A stretch of 62,219 nt of DNA, counting the filler, from Asterionella formosa (taxonomy: Eukaryota), in NCBI GenBank assembly GCA_002256025.1. It is 23 parts of 23 records of this genome, joined end to end, with 100 filler letters (N's around TTAATTAATTAA, not from the genome) between each part and the next. Parts side by side here need not be neighbours in the genome. Positions count along the whole stretch, not along the records: positions 35,273 to 37,881 come from NKIB01015060.1; positions 37,982 to 40,589 come from NKIB01015061.1; positions 40,690 to 43,296 come from NKIB01015062.1; positions 43,397 to 46,002 come from NKIB01015064.1; positions 46,103 to 48,707 come from NKIB01015065.1; 18 more parts are not named here. One strand, given 5' to 3'. Of this stretch, positions 35,931-47,666 are shown piece after piece. The translations under genes and the position numbers were made by a program. How positions within the stretch are numbered: the stretch's first letter is position 1; the number at the start of each line of letters is the position of its first letter. The notes beneath the pieces are model-generated. The model worked only from the letters and a program-made list of their open reading frames with translations. It was not told the DNA's origin and did not search any database.

Positions 35931-36224
35931 CATATGGTGTTCTTTTGGTTTTTAGTTTTACGATCATACGATCCTAAAACTATGATGATTTACTGTCCCA
36001 CTGCAGTAGCAACAGTCCTGAATATATGGTGTTCTATTGGTTTTTAGTTTTACGATTGTACGATCCTAAAATTATGATGATTTACTGTCCCGCTGCAATA
36101 GCAGCAGTCATAGACATTTCGTGTTCTATTGGTTTTTAGTTTTACGATCATGCAATCCTAAAACTATGATGATTTACTGTCCCACTGCAGTAGCAACAGT
36201 TCTGAACATATGGTGTTCTGTTGC
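35931..36224. repeat. Tandem repeat, ~92-nt unit x3, each unit containing a hairpin
   Basis: Unit reads catatggtgttc..ttggtttttagttttacgatcatacgatcctaaaactatgatgatttactgtcccactgcagtagcaacagt.ctgaa. Confidence 0.9.
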
Positions 36225-36351
36225 TAGTTTACTACTCCAACTACCCCCAGTATATCAGTTACTACCTGCTACTGGTACCCTGTATATATATATGATACAT
36301 TGTTATTGTCATATGATGTACCGGTACACATGAAGAGCTCCCGCCCAAAAA

Positions 36352-37881
36352 AGGGGCTTAAACAATTTGCTACCAAAACCCTTGCGGCATTTGAACGGTC
36401 TAAATAATTAGTTTCAACGGACGTAGAAAATATCGATGCAAACAAATTTCAGAAATAATACCGGTACAGGTAGTCGTGGAAAACAATGGACATATAGTGC
36501 ATTGAGTATTTTCGAATTATGTATATGCGAGTATGATCATCCCAACCATATCAGATGTTCCATATCGAGAGCGCCTTTGAATTTTATGAATGTATAACAC
36601 TTAATATATATCTATATATTTACAAATTTTATTACTATATTCATGGCATATATATTTTTGAAATCGTTCTGTCATGTTAACAAACAATGCCTGCTGCTTC
36701 ATGAAAAGATACAAATTTCAGAGATAATACCGGTACACGTACCGGTAGTGGTGGAAAACAATGGACATATAGTGCATTGAGTATTTTCGAATTATGTATA
36801 TGCGAGTATGATCATCTCAACCATATTTGATGTTCCATATCGAGAGCGCCTTAGAATTTTATAAAATGTATAACGCTATATATATCTATATATTTACAAA
36901 TTTTATTACTATATTCATGGCTAATAAATTTTTCAAATCGTTCTGTCATGTTAACAAACAATGCCTGCTGCTTCATGAAAAGATACGTCGTAGTAAAGCA
37001 CATGACAAGAAAAGAAAATTTTTGCAATACATAACGAAAAATATTGTGACTTTAACACATTGCGCCTTCGAAGGATGGAGAATGTTGAAGGTAATGGAGC
37101 CATCAATGTGCGTGGTACTTGGATGACAATCGTTGGGAGGCAGGCAGGCAGCACAACAACAAATTGTTAACTAAACGCAGCCACATTTCCTTTTTTCTCA
37201 GTTGATTCAACAGCTCGTTTTGCTTGTTGGGGAGCACCAATGTAAAACAAAACCAAATTGCGTAAGTGCTCTTGTCACTCGTTGGACCTATTCACTTCTT
37301 TTGGAATAAAGCTGACAAAACGTTGACCTTCTCTCAAAGTTAAGATGACAAAAATGAACCGGTAAGTTTTATTCGACAACATTGGATACCCGAAACTTAC
37401 TTATTCAAGAATTTGGCTTACTGACAAGTTACTATAACAGACTTATGCATCAGTTGCATTGATTTGTGGTAAGTGAAGCAAGAGGATACGATGGAATTGC
37501 TAGTCGTTGTTTCAATGTTACATGACTACTAGCTAACAAATCATTCCTTCTCACAATGAGGTCCGGAATGGAAGTTGTTCTGGTAAGATTACTGCGCTAT
37601 TTTGACGGCTATATGAGCAACGCTACTGATAACTCACACTGATCTTCCTCTACATTCAATTGACATTGCAGAAAACCCTTTCAATTCAGGAGCATTCGGA
37701 TGAAATCCAAAAGAACTCTGCAATACTGTTGAATGGTGAGTGTGTTCTTGTTGTGTACCTAAATGCTAGTATGGCTTGTCAGCTCACGCATTGTTGTTGA
37801 CAACAGGCAGGGACAAGGAGGTTCGGAATGAACGTTGTTCTGGTAAGATTACTGCGCTATTTTGACGGCTATATGAGCAAC
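36352..37881 (+). repeat. Dispersed repeat family copy B: ~270-nt tandem duplication and six short introns
   Basis: 36442-36710 is duplicated at 36711-36985. Donors at 37262, 37362, 37469, 37583, 37736 and 37843. Homologous to 21797-22830. Confidence 0.65.
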
Positions 37882-39553
37882 NNNNNNNNNNNNNNNNNNN
37901 NNNNNNNNNNNNNNNNNNNNNNNNNTTAATTAATTAANNNNNNNNNNNNNNNNNNNNNNNNNNNNNNNNNNNNNNNNNNNNTCTAGCTGTTCATTGGAAT
38001 TCTGAGGCAATATGTAGTTCATAGCAGGTCACATAGGCGCAAATGAATGGAAGAACTTGGTTGTGACCTTGGGAAATTCAGTAGATCATGTACATACCGT
38101 GCAGCAAGTCCAAAGCATTCAGAACTCCTTGCTGGGCTAATTTATCTTCAACATCTGCTAGCATCCTTGGTATTCAAGACATTCCAAGGAAGACCTTCAA
38201 ACTTTTTAGTCTTACTGCATGCATTCTTTGAACTCATTGCTTTGGACAATTCAAGTATATGAATTTGGAATTGGCAAGTTGATTGAACAAATTAGTCAAC
38301 CAATATTGGCAGGTGATAATTTTGAGGAGCAAATGTATTCCTATGCACCAGTCATGAAGATGAATAAAGTACTAGTCTTCCTGGTGCAATTCAGAATACT
38401 CTAAGTGTAGCGCTGCAATTGTGGTGAGCCTACCAATTGGCAGCTGAATTTACTAATAGTTTTTAGGGCTTCACCCAATTTTGGGAAATGTCCCTGTTGG
38501 CTAGTAGTGCAAGGGAGACGCTATATGCCAGTATAGTGTACCTGGATTTTGGGAGAATATAAATATTAGCCATGTTCAAGCAAAGACGAATGGGTTGTTT
38601 AAGTTTAGAGCAAACCGTCAGTGATAGTCAAGTATAGTATATAATAAACTTGAGTATCTAACACTAGTAGTAAGAATGAGCGCCAATACCACTAGTGTCT
38701 GGTGGATGACTGTCAGCAGTACCACTTTACTACAAGTTGTAAATCTCAACATTGACTGTATCTCGAACTGTTTTGGTCTGCTATGTGAGGTAATGGGGCC
38801 TAATTTACGCCAGATACAGATCTCACTTCACCTTCCATTTTGTGATCGATCATCTTATAATCACCTGGTAATTGTTGCACATTTTGACCATTGTGCCATA
38901 GTTCATTCATGATGATGAGTATGACTGATAAAGTGATGTGTTTTGGTGAGTTTTTAAAAGTATATTTGATCACATTACACATCATGATCATGCATGCCTG
39001 TGGAAAATTCGAACCCCAAAATCACTCTGTCTTCATGTGGCAATCACGATTTCGTTGTCTCAAGAAATGCTGGTGGAGTAGGCTCCTAGAAACTGTGCCA
39101 GGAAAAACTGGATTTCAATCCGGAGGGATACACTTATTTTGACTGAGAAACAAACAACTGGGAAAAATTGTTTTTCATCACTTCCTAGAAGATTTATTCT
39201 AGTGTTGTCTGATGGTGACTTGGGTATATGAAATGCCATAAATTCCCAGTATAGCCAACATGACAGCTTGAAGGGAGTGATGATGGTTGACTAAGAAGCA
39301 TACATTTATGCTGATAGTTGTATATCAAATCAATGGATCACTGTGATGCCATTGCAAGAACAACAATTGTAGTAGAATAAATGATGTCTGATGATGTACT
39401 ATACCGGTAGTGCATTTAGGACATTCTTATTACTCCTCAGTATCAGAGTCGACGAAGGAAATTTATCCAAATGTTTGAATACTACTAGTATATCCGTCCA
39501 CCTTGCTTCTTGGAATGGTTCTATCAACGTGCACAGGATCACTTATTTTCATT

Positions 39554-40162
39554 TCAATCATCATTATCATCTGCAACTGCCGCTTGCTGCACATCACTCT
39601 CAATGACAATCGTTACAGGGCCATCATTTACAAGGGCAATGTCCATCATGGCACCAAATACTCCATCATGGATCTTGTCCACCTCATATTCATTCTTAAG
39701 CATATCCAAGAACTTGTCATACCACTCCTTTGCGCCGTTCACTGACTTCATGGCTCGCTTGTAATCAGGTTGATGCTTCTTGGTCAATGTTCCGTAGAGC
39801 GTAAATTGACTCACACACAGGACCTCGAACCCTTTTTGCTTCACTCCATGGCGCCAGGCAACTGCATTCTCGTTCTCAAATAATTTGCATGCCAACAAGC
39901 GCTTACAACAGTACAGCAGGTCCGACTCCGTATCGTCTTCATGCAAACCAACCAATGCAAGTATGCCGGGGCCAATTTGTGACACGACTTTGCCCTCCAC
40001 TGTCACCGATGCTGACTTGACGCGTTGAACCACCAATCTCATGGCATCTGATATACCAAAAAGATTAAAGAATAATAAAAAGAATATAGAGACAACAAAT
40101 GATAAACAAGGACGAGAAGAAGAAAAGGAGCTGATTGGAGCAACTTCTTTTGTTAGTGTCAT
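39554..40162 (-). CDS. DTD1: D-aminoacyl-tRNA deacylase (conserved part starts at Met 40042), allele 1
   Basis: MRLVVQRV, SQFTL and NDGPVT (Gly-cisPro) signature motifs. Confidence 0.93.
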   Translation of the reverse strand: MTLTKEVAPISSFSSSRPCLSFVVSIFFLLFFNLFGISDAMRLVVQRVKSASVTVEGKVVSQIGPGILALVGLHEDDTESDLLYCCKRLLACKLFENENAVAWRHGVKQKGFEVLCVSQFTLYGTLTKKHQPDYKRAMKSVNGAKEWYDKFLDMLKNEYEVDKIHDGVFGAMMDIALVNDGPVTIVIESDVQQAAVADDNDD

Positions 40163-40372
40163 TTCTTGTCATGGTATTTTATGCACTTATGTAATAAATA
40201 CCTGTATTATGTAACGCACAGAATTTAGATAGACTGGCATTATCACCATGGTACAAAGTGCTTATGTGCCCGAAAATGTCAACTCTATATATATTTAGCC
40301 ATTATAACATAAAACTTCACCAGCCCTACATGTATGTACAGTAAAATGAACAGGAACGTGTACCAAAACTTC

Positions 40373-40589
40373 CTAGCTACCGGTAATATTATTATTTGGG
40401 TACAAGATGGGGAATAAATGAGGGGAAGAACGTCGAAGTATTTCCAGAATCTTCTTGTTTCGTTGAAATCCGAGCTCGCTGCAGAGACGGAAGGCCTGTT
40501 CTACCTCGGCGTCTTTGTTCAAACCAGCAGCAGCCAAAAAGAAGAGACCAAATGTGAACTCATCGGGGGATTTCTCCATCTTGATACGC
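40373..40589 (-). CDS. C-terminal end of a probable pentatricopeptide-repeat protein, allele 1
   Basis: PDEFTFGLFFLAAA...AFRLCSELGFQ resembles a PPR motif. Frame is open to the contig edge. Confidence 0.55.
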
Positions 40590-40689
40590 NNNNNNNNNNN
40601 NNNNNNNNNNNNNNNNNNNNNNNNNNNNNNNNNTTAATTAATTAANNNNNNNNNNNNNNNNNNNNNNNNNNNNNNNNNNNNNNNNNNNN

Positions 40690-42017
40690 TTATTCAGGTG
40701 ATGACTAATGTGAGATATACTCAACGAGTCATTATAAATAGCATCGCTATTATCGCACATACCTCTGTAATGGCGATCAGCAATCTGCTGTTGTGTAGTA
40801 GGGACAAAAGTCACTAGCTGACCAGCAGGAGGGTTCGTGACCACTGAAATTTCCTGGGCAGATGTATTCTCGGTAGGATCGGCACGTGGTGGCACGGTAC
40901 CCCAACCGGATGGACGAGTATTATGACCCCATGTATTTAACATACGAGCATGTGGAACAGGCACAGGGTTAGCAGTGTCAGTATGATAGCTTTCCGTAGG
41001 ATTGCTGTGTGCACCGCCTCCACGACCACCAAAATGTCCTCGTCTACCAAAACTGGAACGGCCACGTCCATTTATATGACGACCAGTCATACGACCTGCT
41101 CGACCACCTTGAGTACGAGGATTCTGGAAACAATTGCCCCAAGTATGTACACCTTCAGGATGTACCGGGCAAGGACCACGATAATCATGGTACATACGAC
41201 TGGCTTGTAGAGCTTGATGACGAACAGTTGCCTGACGATCCCATGCGCGTCCGGCTGCATTGACAATAGCACGCGCTCTTCCACGACCACTTGGAGTAAA
41301 ATTATCCTTGTAGAATTGACGACTGACACGCTCGTTTTCTTGACGCATCACACGATTGCCATCAGCAATACAAAGACGGTTTGTGTGATTGTTTGAAAAC
41401 TGTTCTTGGGAAGATGCTTGTTTCGGTCCTTAAACGATTGTTGACTCTCGAAGTAAGCGAGAACCGAGCGAATCGATTGGTTTGAAGTCTTCGCATGATT
41501 TAATTCAAACTCTTGTTGCCACTCACTGGTGGGCATAGAACTGATAATGATAATCCGCGTATCTTCTTTTGACAATCAGTTTTGATCTTCTGGATGAGGC
41601 ATTAGTTGAAGTAGCCTGTTTAAAGTTTTAATACGAGCTCCGAAATCCATTACCAACATAGAATAGGGTTTAGATAAATAACGTAACATCCATTGTCATT
41701 GATGTTGAAAAGTCTCATTTGGTAAACGATCGTCTAACCATAAAACCATCGCTTCATCGAAACTATAGTAAGATTGATCTTCTGGGTGTACTTCCACATT
41801 CAACCAATCCGATAAGGCAATGTCGGTCAAACACCTTTTAAAGTAGGAAAAGGTATCTGCAGGGCTAAAGGCACATGTGTTAGCCATGTCACGAAATTGA
41901 CTCACTCCAATTAACAATGCTTCCACCGAGCTTCCATCGAGTATATCTTGATCAAACGATTCAAACCTTCCACTCTTTGATCAAAGGAATCACAGGAACC
42001 CTTGAATACATTGCCAT
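40690..42017 (-). mobile_element. Gypsy gag, frameshifted
   Basis: Begins 40 nt after the 5' LTR. Contains KPYSMLVMDFGARIKTLNRLLQLMP, SMPTSEWQQEF and the CxxHxxxxHxxxxC knuckle, spread over several frames. Confidence 0.85.
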
Positions 42018-42056
42018 GTTTGTTGTCTTCTAATTCGACTCTTTTTGAATTCAAAG

Positions 42057-42251
42057 TGAAGTATCTAACTAGAAGTAGTAGTATTTATTGATTATATGAG
42101 CTTATAAAGTAATCCTTATGTACAACTCATTTCCTGAACTGACATCAAAGAATAGAATGGATGTTAGTCGGGTTCTCTCATTATTGAATTCCGATGTATT
42201 TGATATAACCCTAACTCTATATATACCTGTATCGATGTGCAGGATTGCTCA
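42057..42251 (-). mobile_element. 5' LTR (195 bp) of the Gypsy family
   Basis: TG...CA on the minus strand, homologous end-to-end to 17267-17463, directly upstream of gag. Confidence 0.9.
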
Positions 42252-42258
42252 CCTGGTA

Positions 42259-42357
42259 CCTGCAGGTCGTTGCGGTAATTGTGCTGAAACTAAAGGTTTA
42301 GCTGTCTTTATCCTATATTAATTTGTTGATTTAAGCCAAATGACTGGAACTTGCTCG
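42259..42357 (-). mobile_element. ~98-bp TA-flanked MITE, copy 1
   Basis: TA|CCTGCAGG...CTTGCTCG|TA. Reverse-complement homologue of 42371-42468. Confidence 0.75.
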
Positions 42358-42370
42358 TAGATACAAGGTA

Positions 42371-42468
42371 CCAGCAAGTTGCGGTCATTTTGCTTAAACT
42401 AACATTTTAATCTCGGATAAAGATAGCTAAATCTTTAGTTTCAGCAAAATTACCGCAAAACTTGCAGG
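42371..42468 (+). mobile_element. 98-bp TA-flanked MITE, copy 2
   Basis: TA|CCAGCAAGTTGCGGTCATTTTGCTTAAACTA...TAGTTTCAGCAAAATTACCGCAAAACTTGCAGG|TA: ~31-bp imperfect TIRs and a TA duplication typical of Tc1/mariner-type elements. Confidence 0.8.
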
Positions 42469-43231
42469 TACCGTTTCTGGTCCACAGTCATGGGTGCAGT
42501 ATACTGTGCAGTATTGCTAATTATTTCGAGTGCTGGTACCGTTATACATAACACTATGTCATGTTATCATCAACTTCATGCAATATATATTTTTATAAAT
42601 AAAATCAGTGCTTTTGATGGTGTGGACAATGTGGACTCACACGATTGCCATTCAAATTATATTGAGTACCAGGTACCGGTAATACTTCACCTTTGCTTGT
42701 GAGGGGGGAAAAATTGAAACGAGAAGCACTCCATCAAATGAATGGGAATGCTGAAGACATCATGTGGGCAATATGCTCAACGAACCTTCGAATAGGGATG
42801 TCAATGAATACTGGTTCTTATGGCAGAATATATGTGGTTCTGAAGAATAGGTGTCGCCGGTGAATCTGACTTTTGTATTTTGAAAACCTTTGAATGAATG
42901 CGAAGCCATCATCAAAGCAACAACAAATTATGAGCGACACTTCAGTCGCTTTCTGCTTTTGGCTGTAAAATGTTCCCATAATCTATCAAATTTACCAATT
43001 TCCTGCATTCAAGGTAAGTGAACGATCATGTATTTCCCATCATGCATCGCAGGCAGTTTGCTCCAATACTACGTACAATGCAAATGAATCGATCTCTGTA
43101 ATTTCGCATGGTGTCAACAAGCAAAGTACTGACAATGAACCTACGCCCGCCACAGACTACCAATTTGATCTTATGAACTCACATCATGTGATGGTAGCTA
43201 TCTGACTATGATTGTTCTCGTTTCGCAGACT

Positions 43232-43296
43232 ATGAAGCTCTTCAGAAGTGTTGGGATAGTTCTTGCGCTCTGCACATCATTTGCCTTTGCTGGTAG
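43232..43296 (+). CDS. Start of a probable secreted protein (signal peptide)
   Basis: MKLFRSVGIVLALCTSFAFAG follows a CTGAC...TTTCGCAG acceptor. A further intron-like segment lies at about 43014-43156. Confidence 0.45.
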
Positions 43297-43599
43297 NNNN
43301 NNNNNNNNNNNNNNNNNNNNNNNNNNNNNNNNNNNNNNNNTTAATTAATTAANNNNNNNNNNNNNNNNNNNNNNNNNNNNNNNNNNNNNNNNNNNNGGAT
43401 GCCAAATGACATATTGTGATCATCCCTAAACTTGCCATCAACATGGCTTGCTTCCCTGCAGAACAGCTTCAATGGCTGGTCTTGTTCAGAATTTAGCTGA
43501 ATTATGATTCTCTGTTTCTTATTTAACACCATATACTTACCATACTAGACAAGGGTAAAAATTACATTTTATCATTTCTGCCACAAGATCCTTGTCACT

Positions 43600-43745
43600 T
43601 CTCCCCCTTGCTCCTCTTGTTGCTTGTTTGCTTCATTGTGTTGTGAAATATCTTAGATCATAGTCAGATGTTGCCTTGCAGAAAGTTGTGTTGAAATCGA
43701 GGGCATAGCACCAGTGTGTTTTGAATCATCTGACCAGCTTCCCTA
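43600..43745 (-). repeat. Second copy of the relic at 4085-4230
   Basis: Shares ttgccttgcagaaagttgtgt...gaaatcgag...gtgt.ttttgaat. Minus strand reads KLVR*FKTHWCYALDFNTTFCKA. Confidence 0.6.
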
Positions 43746-43829
43746 CTATCTGTGTCGCTCATTCAAAAATTATCAGTTGTGCTCAATGAGGCTCCTTTTC
43801 CATTGCGCGAGGATCTTTCATTCTGAGAT

Positions 43830-45447
43830 TCATTTGAGATCAAAAAGCTGACTCCTTTGTTTGTAGGAGTCAAGACTCCGAACGCTCCTTCCCTCACGGT
43901 TAGACCCCTGGGACTTGTCATTATACAAAATGTCAGTGGTGCTCGATCGGCGCATGAAACTGAAACGATGCATCAATCTTGTCACAGCGGTTTCTTGTGT
44001 CATTTCTTGCTGGACTGATTCATTTGAAGGAATACAGCTTTGGTCTCGCTTGCGAGAGCGAAGAGTCCGAAAGCTTCGTCCATCACTGGTGCGGCAAGAA
44101 TGCCCCTCTGACTCGTCATTACATTGAATATCAGTTGTGCTAAATCGGCTTAAGTTTGACGCTCCATTCAACTGAATATCGGATGTGCTACTCCTTCGAA
44201 TGAAAGTAGCTCTCAATCTATTTCGAAAGGTGGAAGTAGTCGCACTTGACTGATTTGGAGAAGAACGCAGTTGTACCGGTTTTGCAACTGGTGTCCTGGT
44301 AGTAGTCATCACAGCGATCACTTCTTCGAGTAATTTGACAACATCGGAAAATGATGGTCGTTTGCTCGGGTCTTTATCCCAGCCTTGTTCCAGAAGAGCT
44401 CCAATCGCTGACAAGGATATGCTCTTGATTGATGGCCTCTTGTTTCCCCGAACAACGTCTTCAAGGAAGACAAGCTTACCTCTCACATCCTCAAAAGCCT
44501 TGTTTAAAGTGCAGATTTCCCACATTGTGATCGAAAACGAGTAAACATCGCACTCTAAGCCATAATCTTGCATTTCAGCAACTTCAGGGGCCATATATCT
44601 GATAACAATTAATTAGTCGAAGTGTTGAGTTGTATCATATATATCTTCGACAACAACAATGCGTATAGATTTATTCTTATCTTGCTTACCTTGGAGTTCC
44701 ACAATTTCCAGTCATCTGTCTTGTACCTTCATTTATCCTATTCTCGGAGGGAAAGTTAGGGTGATACTCCCGAGCAAGACCGAAGTCAAAAATTTTCACG
44801 ATACCATTCTCATCAAATCCAATATTATGCGGTTTTAAGTCTCTGAAAATGATGTTTAGAGAATGTAAATATTCCATTCCTCTTGCAATGCCGAGGCCCA
44901 CTTTCTCTATACGACTTATCATGTCCTTGGAGGATGTCATGTTATGAAATGGGAAACATCGTTGATCTCTCCATGAGTCAAGTCTTGATTCGAGGGTACA
45001 AGATAGTAGATCCAATACGAGAAAGCAACCTCCTTCTTCAAATGCATAACTAGTATTAGAAATATCGCCTTTCCTGACAGCATGAAGCCTGATAATGTTT
45101 GGGTGGTGTAGACTGGATAGAATGGTAGCTTCTAGAATCAAATCAACGACACCAGTGGTAAACTTTTCTGTGATAACATCTTTCCGGGGTCTAAGCGATT
45201 TCAGGGCATAGACTCGATCATTAAAATGTTGTCCCTCCTTCAAGCGAACCGTGTAAACCAACGAAAATGATCCTTTCCCAATGAGGCGGTCAACTTCTAA
45301 GTTTTCCCAATCAAGATATTCGATTTTATTCTTCGGATTTGGTTGCCATTGAGTGCCTTTCTTCAGATTGTCGACGCGAGACAAGACTCTGTCCCCGACC
45401 GATCGAGAATGATCGGATTGATCTGAAGCTTTCCATTTAGGACTCAT
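43830..45447 (-). CDS. Protein kinase (TKL-like), two exons
   Basis: GKGSFS, ALK, FRDLKPHN, DFG and DVYSF motifs. Intron 44599-44689 restores GTPRYMAPE. Confidence 0.93.
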
Positions 45448-45740
45448 TTTCGTGATGAATCTTTTTTACGCGAGGAAGTTTTTGTGAGATTCAGTTATTA
45501 CTGTTTTGTTGAACAACAGCAATACTTGAATGTGCGTAGAATACTTGTACCAGGCACCATCATGTCTAGATTTCACTTGTCGCGTATTCATGTTGTTCGT
45601 CTTGTAGTAGTTGAGTGGTGTTAGATATTTGGGGCGATGTGGCAGTTTTGTCATGATGCAATAAATACTTAATGATGCAATCTAGAGTTGACATAAATGT
45701 CATAAGACATGTCAGGAAGTCGAGTCAACGTCTAGTTTAG

Positions 45741-45901
45741 GGTACCTGGTACAGATATGTTACCGTACCGTTGCGGTGCCAGTTACGGGGTACCTGGTAC
45801 CAGGTACGGTAGTCTCGTCAATGTATAGACAGTTACGGGGTACCTGGTACGGTAGTCTCGTCAATGTATAGATATGTGGAGTACCAGTACCTGGTACCTG
45901 G
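45741..45901. repeat. TA-CCWGG module cluster containing a 50/43-nt tandem duplication
   Basis: 45780-45829 and 45830-45872 differ only by one CCAGGTA unit. Confidence 0.9.
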
Positions 45902-47666
45902 AAGTTCTTGCGGAAAGTTTGCTCTACTAAAGATTTAGCTTCCTTTATCCAAGATTAGATTATTGATTTAATCGAAATAACCGCGACATGCTTGTAAATA
46001 CGNNNNNNNNNNNNNNNNNNNNNNNNNNNNNNNNNNNNNNNNNNNNTTAATTAATTAANNNNNNNNNNNNNNNNNNNNNNNNNNNNNNNNNNNNNNNNNN
46101 NNTCTAGCTGTTCATTGGCATTCTGAGGCAATATGTAGTTCATAGCAGGTCACATAGGCGCAAATGAATGGAAGAACTTGGTTGTGACCTTGGGAAATTC
46201 AGTAGATCATGTACATACCGTGCAGCAAGGCCAAAGCATTCAGAACTCCTTGCTGGGCTAATTTATCTTCAACATCTGCTAGCATCCTTGGTATTCAAGA
46301 CATTCCAAGGAAGACCTTCAAACTTTTTAGTCTTACTGCATGCATTAATTGTACTCATTGCTTTGGACAATTCAAGTATATGAATTTGGTATTGGCAAGT
46401 TGATTGAACAAATTAGTCAACCAAAATTGGCAGGTGGTAATTTTGAGGAGCAAATGTATTCCTATATACCAGTCATGAAGATGAATAAAGTACTAGTCTT
46501 CCTGGTGCAATTCAGAATACTCTAAGTCTAGCGCTGCAATTGTGGTGAGCCTACCAATTGGCAGCTGAATTTACTAATAGTTTTTAGGGCTTCACCCAAT
46601 TTTGGGAAATGTCCCTGTAGGCTAGTGCAAGGGAGACGCTATATGCCAGTATATTCTACCTGGATTTTTGGATAATATAAATATTAGCCATGTTCAAGCA
46701 AAGACGAATGGGTTGTTTAAGTTTAGAGCAAATCGTCTATGATAGTCAAGTATAGTATATAATAAACTTGAGTATCTAACACTAGTAAGAATGAGCGCCA
46801 ATACCACTGGTGTCTGGTGGATGACTGTCAGCAGTACCACTTTACTACAAGTTGTAAATCTCAACATTGGCTGTATCTCGAACTGTTTTGGTCTGCTATG
46901 TGAGGTAATGAGGCCTAATTTACGCCAGATACAGATCTCACTTCACCTTCCATTTTGTGATCGATCATCTTATAATCACCTGGTAATTGTTGCACATTTT
47001 GACCATTGTGCCATAGTTCATTCATGATGATGAGTATGACTGATAAAGTGATGTGTTTTGGTGAGTTTTTTAAAAGTATATTTGATCACATTACACATCA
47101 TGATCATGCATGCATGCATGTGGAAAATTCGAACCCCAAAATCACTCTGTCTTCATGTGGCAATCACGATTTCGTTGCCTCAAGAAATGCTGGTGGAGTA
47201 GGCTCCTCGAAACTGTGCCAGGAAAAACTGGATTTCAATCCGGACACTTATTTTGACTGAGAAACAAACAACTGGGAAAAATTGTTTTTCATCACTTCCT
47301 ACAAGATTTATTCCAGTGTTGTCTGATGGTGACTTGGGTATATGAAATGCCATAAATTCCCAGTATAGCCAACATGACAGCTTGAAGGGAGTGATGATGG
47401 TTGACTAAGAAGCATACATATATGCTGATAGTTGTATATCAAATCAATGGATCACTGTGATGCCATAGCAAGAACAACAATTGTAGTAGAATAAATGATG
47501 TCTGATGATGTATGTACCGGTAGTGCATTTAGGACATTCTTATTACTCCTCAGTATCAGAGTCGACGAAGGAAATTTATCCAAATGTTTGAATACTGCTA
47601 GTATATCCGTCCACATTGCTTCTTAGAATGGTTCTATCAACGTGCAAAGGATCACTTATTTTCATT

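Noticed and set aside
39277..39391. Possible C/D snoRNA (GTGATGA...CTGA)
   Set aside because: No terminal stem and no rRNA complementarity that I can identify.
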